Below are positions 58,201 to 64,000 of a stretch of DNA of 64,000 bases, in pieces. The notes beneath the pieces are model-generated. The model was given only the letters and a program-made list of their open reading frames with translations, did not search any database and was not told the DNA's origin. Location of the stretch: NCBI GenBank assembly GCA_046331525.1, contig JAXLQQ010000014.1, forward strand, positions 10,296-74,295, read 5' to 3'. The position numbers and the translations under genes were made by a program. The stretch is from Blastocatellia bacterium. Lineage in GTDB: Bacteria; Acidobacteriota; Blastocatellia; RBC074. Each line of letters opens with the position of its first letter. The stretch's first letter is position 1.

Positions 58201-60855
58201 GCAGCGAGTAATCTCAAAGTCATCAGTGACAGCACGCTCATTGCCGTTACACCTCAGCACGCGGCGGGCGCGGTGGCCGTGCGCGTGCTGAATCGCAATG
58301 GCGGATCATCGTTTAATCAGGGCTTTACCTACTGGTCGGGTGAATCATTGCTCAAACGCCCAACTATAACGCGCGTGACGCCCAATTCCGGTTCGGTGCG
58401 CGGCGGCACAGTGGTTACGATCACGGGCAAGGATTTCACGCCTGCGACGACGCTTGTCTTTGGTAACAAACTCGTCACGCCGACGTTCATTAGCCCGCAG
58501 GAACTGCGCGTCACGAGTCCGAGCAGTGCGACAACGGGCGTGGTGCGGTTCGTCATCAGCAATGGCAATTTCTCCGACGCCTGGGAAGACGCCTTCACTT
58601 ACACGGCAGCCACGCCACCGCAAGTGCAACTGCTCAGTCCGAATGGCGGTGAAGTATTGTATGCGGGCAGCACGACCACGATTCGCTGGCGCTCCAGCGA
58701 TGATCGCGCGGTCATTAAACATCGGCTTGCACTCGTCAGTAGCAGTGGTGCGCTACTGACAGAGATTGCCGGAGACGTGAGCGGCGAGCGGCAAGCATTT
58801 GTCTGGACGCTGCCGTCTTCGCTACCCGCCGGAACGGCGCGCCTTCGCATCACAGCCATTGATGACGAAAGTGCGGAAACACAGGCCACCTCCGCACAGG
58901 ACTTCACGATTGTGAAGCGATGGCAAACTGGAACACCGCTGCCGACGGCGCTCTGGCAATTCCCTGCCGTTACGGATGGGCAAAGCATTTATACCCTCGG
59001 CGGCTTGACGGGCGCAGCGGGGACGACGGTTAACACGCTCGCGCGTTTTGAGCCGGGCAACAACACGTGGACGACGCTGGCACCGATGAAGCGCACCGTT
59101 AGCAGCAATGACGCGGTGTATTTGAATGGCAAAATTTATGTACCGGGCGGGATGCTGTCGTCGGGACTCGTTATCACGAATCATCAGGTTTACGACCTGG
59201 CGACAAACGCCTGGAAGGAAGTGCTGGAACCACCGACTTCAGTGATTTACTCAACGCTAGTGGCGGACACTGCACAGAATCGTTATTACCGCATTGGCGG
59301 GCGCAACGCGAATAATTCCAGCGCCATCAGCCCAGAGTTATTCGTCTACGATGTAAAGGCGAACGAATGGACAGAGCTCTCGCCGCTGCCTGAAGCGCGC
59401 TACGGACACGAAGCGGTGTTCATCAACGGCAGGATTTTCGTCGCAGGCGGCGCAGATCGAAGCACCGGGCTGCGCACCTGTTGGCAATACGATCCAGCGA
59501 CGGATTTCTGGACGCCCTTTGCCAGCCTGAACAAGAAACGTCGTTTTGCCGCTTCGGCGCTCGGCAGCGATGCACAGGGCAATCCGCTTTGGTTTCTCTT
59601 GGGCGGCGACGATCCTGACACGGGCGCGCCGCTCCCTGACGGCGAAGTCTACGACGTGCGCAATGATCGCTGGTTGCCGCTGGATGATTCGTTTCGCCTG
59701 AGCAAAGGCCGTACACAAATGGCCAGCGTGACGCTGAACGGCAAGCTGTATGCAATGGGCGGCGCGGTGTTGTCCGACGATGGCAAAGCGTATGTCATCA
59801 GCTCAGCCGTCGAAAGCATCCCGGTCAACAACACCACGCTCACCACGCCCGACCAGCCGCCCGTCCTCGCTGCGCCGACGGCTGCCGTTGCTATCGTCGG
59901 CAATGAAAGCACCTTGGTTGTCACGGCGAATGATTTACATTCCAGCATCGCACTCAGCCTGAAAGCAGAGGGCTTGCCCGCAGGCGCAAGCTTTACGGTC
60001 ACGACCGAAACCAACAACAGCACACGTGGCCTGGTGCGCTGGACGCCGCAGTTCGCCGACGCAGGCAAGACGTGGACAGTGATATTCACAGCGAGCGATG
60101 GGCAACTGGAAGACAGCCGCGTCGTCACGTTGCGTGCGGTCACGGCGGATTCGCTGGCGGTCGTCAATGCGGCGAGTTATGCGGGGGGCGCAGTGGCGGC
60201 AGATTCGATTGCCACGGCGTTCGGGGTGAACTTGGCCGCGCGTGCGGAAGCGGCACAAGCGATTCCGTTGCCGCTGACGATGGCCGGAGCGTCGGTCACG
60301 GTGAACGGCGTGCCCACGCCGTTGCTGTACGTTTCGCCGGAGCAAATCAATTTCGTGCTGCCGCCGCATCTCGCACCGGGCATCGCCACTGTTCTTGTCA
60401 GCAATGCGCAGGGCACGTATGCGCTCGGCTACATCCCGATTACCGACGACGCCCCGGCCCTCTTTACGGCAGATGCGACCGGGCGCGGAGATGCCGCAGC
60501 GGTCGCAACAGCAGATGGCGCGCAGTACCAAACTTCGCCCTTTCCGCTGACCGTCAACGGCAAGCCGAATTATCTGTTGTTATTTGGAACAGGACTGCGG
60601 CACGCGGCAGCGGCTAATGCGGAGGATGAAAATGGGATTGCCGAAAGCGTGACGGTCACGATTGGCGGCATCGCGGCAAAAGTGCTGTACGCCGGTGCGC
60701 AGGGCCAATATCTCGGCCTCGATCAACTCAACATCGAATTACCCGCGCGACTCGCCGCACAACTCACCACGCTTCCCAGCCGCGTGGAAATCGTCGTGTC
60801 CGTCAATGGCCACGAGGCGAATCGCGCTAGCCTCTGGCTGAAGAAAGAGCCGTAA
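55243..60855 (+). CDS. giant secreted M36 (fungalysin-type) metalloprotease with MAM-like, 2x IPT/TIG, Kelch-repeat, cadherin-like and TIGR03437-like C-terminal domains
   Basis: 1870 aa. Signal peptide. FTP-like propeptide. HELTHGVSNRL at nt 56677 on, plus GEGWSDY. TIG units PTITSVSPAYGALSGGTRVTVTGANFT and PTITRVTPNSGSVRGGTVVTITGKDFT. About six Kelch-like blades (...YVPGG..., ...FVAGG..., ...YAMGG...). C-terminal AVVNAASYAGGAVAADSI...LLYVSPEQINFVLP...GTGLR...LYAGAQGQYLGLDQLNIELP. Confidence 0.85.
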   Translation: MKRNLTFLIPALFAAVAVAQSIFQPTTTPRRYEDFDIRATYQRTLDSAPLPPARTTKSAAALQPDHARLRWSSLSGTPSRMLAQQAALTARSDDEAETIARRFLRERESLFQLTAAEVDALQVTRRDQSKPSGVTHLTLQQQCNGIEVFGARMNLHLTRAGEVLAADGELMPTTATANSSLRLRVTAATALERAAATVGLQFSVLPRATMAAGAAQRQQFARSAELAREAQTRLVYFPLAADKLQLAWECEVWPAATTDAYLMVVDAERGSLLFRRNLTRYETDPHGLVFSGVSPRPDLPHTKTNPPLIERTDVPFNGQPHFVAADKHFDWWAGKPQTSLRGNNVEAHLDRNNDNLPDQPELTVPDKNFSFPLDLTKDVFTADNQKAAQVNLFYWANRFHDILYSFGFTESAGNFQTENFGLGGQGSDAIQADVQDGSGFNNANFTTPPDGRAGRVQMFVWNTSSPLLDGSLDQTVILHELTHGVSNRLIGNGLGLGGYQAAGMGEGWSDYVALALLSKETDPIDGQFMIAQYATNLPARGLRSFPYTTDINASPRTFGFIRFTREVHTVGEIWCAALWEMRAALLKQYGFQTGQRQSIQLVLDGMKFTPIEPTFLEARDAILLADRVNNNGANQCLLWQAFAKRGMGYSASTIEVNDLNTIESFDVPPFCSNTATVKLNQANYVNGEVVQIALGDRNAAQSVQVQVSSSVTADQETVTLTPDAAQPGSYKGALKIAAGKGKANDGVLQASVDSKDEIIVRYQDASNDAGKAAIVEAKAKVVREKILFADAGESDNQGWLATGAWALTTERAASGTYSWSDSPNGNYQNLSNATLTSPLFDLRDFSDIKVVFAQAYEFENRYDYGVLDYSTDDGATWNFAGAVTGTQASFTSAEVKLAGLDGQQRARFRFRLFSDLEVTGDGWYLDDIRLLGRAAEAAVIAPGSNTAPTITSVSPAYGALSGGTRVTVTGANFTDSVDTIVTFDGIAASNLKVISDSTLIAVTPQHAAGAVAVRVLNRNGGSSFNQGFTYWSGESLLKRPTITRVTPNSGSVRGGTVVTITGKDFTPATTLVFGNKLVTPTFISPQELRVTSPSSATTGVVRFVISNGNFSDAWEDAFTYTAATPPQVQLLSPNGGEVLYAGSTTTIRWRSSDDRAVIKHRLALVSSSGALLTEIAGDVSGERQAFVWTLPSSLPAGTARLRITAIDDESAETQATSAQDFTIVKRWQTGTPLPTALWQFPAVTDGQSIYTLGGLTGAAGTTVNTLARFEPGNNTWTTLAPMKRTVSSNDAVYLNGKIYVPGGMLSSGLVITNHQVYDLATNAWKEVLEPPTSVIYSTLVADTAQNRYYRIGGRNANNSSAISPELFVYDVKANEWTELSPLPEARYGHEAVFINGRIFVAGGADRSTGLRTCWQYDPATDFWTPFASLNKKRRFAASALGSDAQGNPLWFLLGGDDPDTGAPLPDGEVYDVRNDRWLPLDDSFRLSKGRTQMASVTLNGKLYAMGGAVLSDDGKAYVISSAVESIPVNNTTLTTPDQPPVLAAPTAAVAIVGNESTLVVTANDLHSSIALSLKAEGLPAGASFTVTTETNNSTRGLVRWTPQFADAGKTWTVIFTASDGQLEDSRVVTLRAVTADSLAVVNAASYAGGAVAADSIATAFGVNLAARAEAAQAIPLPLTMAGASVTVNGVPTPLLYVSPEQINFVLPPHLAPGIATVLVSNAQGTYALGYIPITDDAPALFTADATGRGDAAAVATADGAQYQTSPFPLTVNGKPNYLLLFGTGLRHAAAANAEDENGIAESVTVTIGGIAAKVLYAGAQGQYLGLDQLNIELPARLAAQLTTLPSRVEIVVSVNGHEANRASLWLKKEP

Positions 60856-60860
60856 AAAGC

Positions 60861-60965
60861 GTACCGCAGGTTGTCGAACCTGCGGAAGCCCTCGCAGGCA
60901 AGCACTTTGGTTAGCCTAGACGCTTTGCCTGCCACAACTGCCGCAGCCTCGACAGGCTGCGGTAC
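60861..60965. terminator. compound three-hairpin palindromic element between convergent genes
   Basis: GTAC-[CCGCAGGTT-GTCG-AACCTGCGG]-...-[GCAGGCAAGC...GCTTTGCCTGC]-...-[CCGCAGCCT-CGAC-AGGCTGCGG]-TAC. The outer hairpins are also complementary to each other. Confidence 0.65.
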
Positions 60966-60973
60966 GCTGATGC

Positions 60974-63900
60974 TCAAAACGTAAAGCGGAATTGCAACTG
61001 CACACGCCGATTGCCGCGCTTCGTAATCACTTTGCCGAAATTCTGATTCGTCGTGTCGTTGAAGACGTAGCCTTTCGACGGATCGCACACATTTGTCACC
61101 GTACCGCCCGTGCCGTTCGGGGCGCTGGCGGCGCGCACGTTACAAGTGGTTTGCAGTGTTAGGTCGATGTCTGCTTGCCGCGTCACGAAGGCTTGATTGA
61201 AGATATTGAAGAAACCCGCGCGAATCTGGATGTTCTTGCTTTCCTTGAAACGGAAGTTCTTCATCAGCGTCATATCGTGATTGTTGCGGTTCGGCAGGCG
61301 AATATAAAACGGCGATTGGTACGCGCCCGATTCCCCAAAGTTCGGAATGCCGATGGCAGAGACATCAAAGAGTTTATCGCCGACCTTCGCGCCGCTGCCT
61401 GCGATTTGCGGATTGCGCAGCAGAATTGGCGCAATGCCGCCGATGTTGGTCGCGCCCGCGCCCGCAAAGGCGTTCGTGCCGAACCACGATTGCCACGCAT
61501 TCGTGGATTGCAACGAATTACCCGTGCCCGTGCCAGAACCGCCAGAGAAGAAAATGCGAATCGGCGCGCCGCTCTGATAGGTCGAAATACCTGACAATTG
61601 CCAGCCATTCAGGAAGCCGCCGGTCAGCTTATTGCGAAACGCGCCGCGCGCCAGGTTCGGCAAATTGTAGTTGTAATTCACCACAAGGTTATGCGTGCGG
61701 TCATACGTCTGCACGCCGTAGGAGCGATTGCGCGCATCCAGCGGGTCATTCGTTCCGCCGTCGCCGCCGAGAATGCCCAATGCTTTCGAGAAGGTGTAAG
61801 CAGCGGTGTACGTCAGCCCTCGGCTCTGTTGCCGCGACAAGGTCAATTGTCCCGAATGATACGACGACGTGCCGACGTATTCGCGAATATTGATGCCGTT
61901 GTAATCGGGATAGGGCAACAAGGAGCGAAACGCTTCGGTCGAAAGCGCCATCCGATTGATCGGATTCGACAAATCCACGACCTGCGTGCCGGACGTGATC
62001 GTGCCTTTCAGCAAGGCACCAATCGGCACGACATTCAGGTTGCGCACTTGCGGCAGGTGGCGCACCTGATTACCGACGTAGCCGACTTCCAGCACGTTGC
62101 CCCACCACAAACGCCGCGCGAGCGAAAAGCTGCTGTTCGCGGTGCGTGTTGGTGTCACGCCGTCAGGATTGATGGAAACCGGCGTGATCGAAAGCGGCAC
62201 GCGCGCCAAATCCACTTGATTCAGCCGCGCCAATGTCAGATCGGCGATGCCGTCTTTGTACGCAGAAGCCGTCGAAGTCGAAGTGACAGTCGGGTTGATA
62301 AAGTTCGGTGCGTTTTGCAGCGCGGGCGAGTATTGGAAGTTGCCTTGCGAACGGTTGTAGAACAAGCCATAGCCGCCGCGCACCACGAAATTCCCCTTCT
62401 TCGACACGTCCCACGCGAAGCTCACGCGCGGTGCCATTTGCGGTTTGGGATCAGGCACGATGCCCGGCTTGGCTTGTCCGCGCGACACCAGCGCAATGCC
62501 GTTGGGCTTTTGCAAATCGCCGTTGATGAACGCGCCCGCGCCCTTCTGATATAAGTTCGGATCGAACCACGTTTCATAGCCGTTGCGTTCCTTGTTGTTC
62601 GGAATGCCAACAACGCGCAGGCCATATTCAAACGTCAGGTTTGATTTCAGCTTCCACGAATCCTGTGCGTAAGCATCAATGTTGTAGGCGCGAAATTCGC
62701 CTTCGGGCGTAAAGTTGGATTGTTGCACCGAGCCAGGGCGACCGATATACAAATTGCCAAACGGATTGCCGGTGCCGTTCGTGATCGTGTTCAGTGTGAT
62801 AACCCCGTTGTATTGGTTGCCGAGGTTTTGCTTTTTGTTCACTTGTTCGAGCAGACCGCCGAATTTGTAGGTGTGTGCGCCTTTGATTTTGGTCACGTTC
62901 GAGTTGACCGAATAGCTGGAATTAAAGGCAAACAGCGGCGTTTCGCCCTGATTATTGCCGACCTGATTCAGACTCAATCCGGCGCTGAACCCGCTCAAAA
63001 TCAAGCGCGGCGCGCTCTTGCCCAAATAGCCGAACGGTAATTTCAAATTGCTCAGCCCCAGCGCCTGCGGCGAGACTTTGTTGTAATCAATGTATTCGTG
63101 ATAAAGCTTCAACTTGCTCGCGCTGAACACAACTTCCATCGTTAAGGAAGGATCAAAAACCGTCACCATATTCACCGCTGCCGAACGTCCGATGTGGTCG
63201 CCGTTCGTGTGGCTGTACAGCTCAGTCATCGAACTGCGGCCCCACACGCCATAGGCAAATTCTTCGTCTTCCTTCTCGCGGGCGAGTCGCGCATAGAGAT
63301 TCGTGCGGTCGCTGACTTTGTAATCCACGCGCAGTTTTTGATCCGTGCGATCCAGCGGCAACGTCGCGCCCGAAACGTAATTGAACCGTCCGGTCGGGTC
63401 GTTGTAATTTGGCTGTGGGAACAGCTTGTCGAGAATCGTTGGCCCCAGATTCGTCGCGTCTTTGAAAGGGTTCAGATTGAAGTTATTGGAAACCAGACTT
63501 TGCCCGACCGTAAACCCCGCAGGGGGTTGTTGCGGCACGGTCAGCGTGCGGTTTTGCAGCAGGTACGTCGTCGTACAACCGGTCGGATTGCCAATGTTCG
63601 CACATGGCAGAAATTCGCTGAAATCGCCCTGGCGTTGTTTGGCCGTGGGCACGACGCCAAATACGACGTCATTCGTGTTGCGCTGGCGTTGAAATTCCAG
63701 ACCGTAGAAAAGAACAACCCGATCTCTGGTTTTATCGCCGCCCAAAAACGACGGCAGCTTAACGGGGCCGCCGAGGTTGCCGCCCGTATAATACTGCGAC
63801 GTTTCGGGGCGTCCGAGGCCGGAGTAATTGCGCGCGCGGTCGTTCGCATTCAAATGCTGGTTGCGCGCGTATTCATATAAACTGCCGTGAAACTGTTTGC

Positions 63901-64000
63901 CGCCCGATTTGGTGACAGCGGTGATTTGCAACGTGCTGGTGCCAAACTCAGCAGCGTAATTCGACGTTTGTACGCGCACTTCTTTCACCATATCGTTGTT
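60974..64000 (-). CDS. TonB-dependent receptor (partial; N-terminus beyond window end)
   Basis: The frame is open to the window edge. The Gly/Asn/Tyr/Thr-rich barrel ends ...RRVQLQFRFTF. Colinear with the C-terminal remnant at 40285-41094 (YTFSKALG versus YRYAKSLDN; GWQLSGI versus GWQLTGI; FFNIFNQ versus FFNLFNH). Confidence 0.9.
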   Translation of the reverse strand, partial: NNDMVKEVRVQTSNYAAEFGTSTLQITAVTKSGGKQFHGSLYEYARNQHLNANDRARNYSGLGRPETSQYYTGGNLGGPVKLPSFLGGDKTRDRVVLFYGLEFQRQRNTNDVVFGVVPTAKQRQGDFSEFLPCANIGNPTGCTTTYLLQNRTLTVPQQPPAGFTVGQSLVSNNFNLNPFKDATNLGPTILDKLFPQPNYNDPTGRFNYVSGATLPLDRTDQKLRVDYKVSDRTNLYARLAREKEDEEFAYGVWGRSSMTELYSHTNGDHIGRSAAVNMVTVFDPSLTMEVVFSASKLKLYHEYIDYNKVSPQALGLSNLKLPFGYLGKSAPRLILSGFSAGLSLNQVGNNQGETPLFAFNSSYSVNSNVTKIKGAHTYKFGGLLEQVNKKQNLGNQYNGVITLNTITNGTGNPFGNLYIGRPGSVQQSNFTPEGEFRAYNIDAYAQDSWKLKSNLTFEYGLRVVGIPNNKERNGYETWFDPNLYQKGAGAFINGDLQKPNGIALVSRGQAKPGIVPDPKPQMAPRVSFAWDVSKKGNFVVRGGYGLFYNRSQGNFQYSPALQNAPNFINPTVTSTSTASAYKDGIADLTLARLNQVDLARVPLSITPVSINPDGVTPTRTANSSFSLARRLWWGNVLEVGYVGNQVRHLPQVRNLNVVPIGALLKGTITSGTQVVDLSNPINRMALSTEAFRSLLPYPDYNGINIREYVGTSSYHSGQLTLSRQQSRGLTYTAAYTFSKALGILGGDGGTNDPLDARNRSYGVQTYDRTHNLVVNYNYNLPNLARGAFRNKLTGGFLNGWQLSGISTYQSGAPIRIFFSGGSGTGTGNSLQSTNAWQSWFGTNAFAGAGATNIGGIAPILLRNPQIAGSGAKVGDKLFDVSAIGIPNFGESGAYQSPFYIRLPNRNNHDMTLMKNFRFKESKNIQIRAGFFNIFNQAFVTRQADIDLTLQTTCNVRAASAPNGTGGTVTNVCDPSKGYVFNDTTNQNFGKVITKRGNRRVQLQFRFTF

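Noticed and set aside
1-64000. CRISPR arrays, tRNA/rRNA genes, IS elements, integrases and known defence systems
   Set aside because: The palindromes are all unique rather than repeat-spacer arrays. I found no tRNA T-arm/acceptor patterns, rRNA-like stretches, DDE or tyrosine recombinase motifs, or restriction/abortive-infection gene signatures by eye. A tool-based scan could still find small RNAs I cannot see.

Overview
Hand annotation, no tools. The window looks like a chromosomal segment of a moderately high-G+C Gram-negative bacterium. It fits Acidobacteriota best: the TonB-dependent receptors have CarboxypepD_reg-type N-termini and barrels ending in F, one giant protein has a TIGR03437-like 'Solibacter C-terminal' domain, and there are many BON/DUF stress proteins.

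Layout:
1. 0-29 kb: dense set of general-stress/dormancy genes. These include BON x2, YeaQ/GlsB, M48 and M50-CBS proteases, a yqjD/yqjE-like operon, DUF6335, DUF5335, DUF2231, SRPBCC, CsbD-like, YihY, several SDRs, an FMN reductase and an orphan hybrid histidine kinase.
2. 11.06-16.34 kb: a run of decayed genes (aspA-like lyase, YHS, DUF2934-like, treY).
3. 29.7-34.4 kb: translationally coupled cphB-cphA-iadA cyanophycin operon.
4. 35.9-40.0 kb: envelope cluster (L,D-transpeptidase, mlaE-mlaF, MlaD-OmpA fusion).
5. 40.3-43.6 kb: a broken TonB-dependent receptor whose middle is replaced by about 1.65 kb of CpG-depleted, vertebrate-like DNA with an Alu/7SL-SINE-like stretch. This is most likely a chimeric or contaminant segment.
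6. 45.6-46.9 kb: small YHS, hemerythrin and basic proteins in a lower-G+C patch.
7. 47.0-54.9 kb: glgX-treZ-GDE plus treS (no treY here).
8. 55.2-60.9 kb: a 1870-aa secreted M36 metalloprotease with TIG, Kelch and cadherin-like domains.
9. 60.97 kb to the window end: a second TonB-dependent receptor, partial.

I saw no tRNA, rRNA, CRISPR array, transposase, integrase or recognisable defence system.

Other notable signals:
- Four exact GCAAAC-N5-GTTTGC palindromes, arranged in pairs in front of two stress operons.
- Many long, unique intergenic palindromes.
- A HAD-IIB/HerA-like ATPase fusion coupled to a BON protein.
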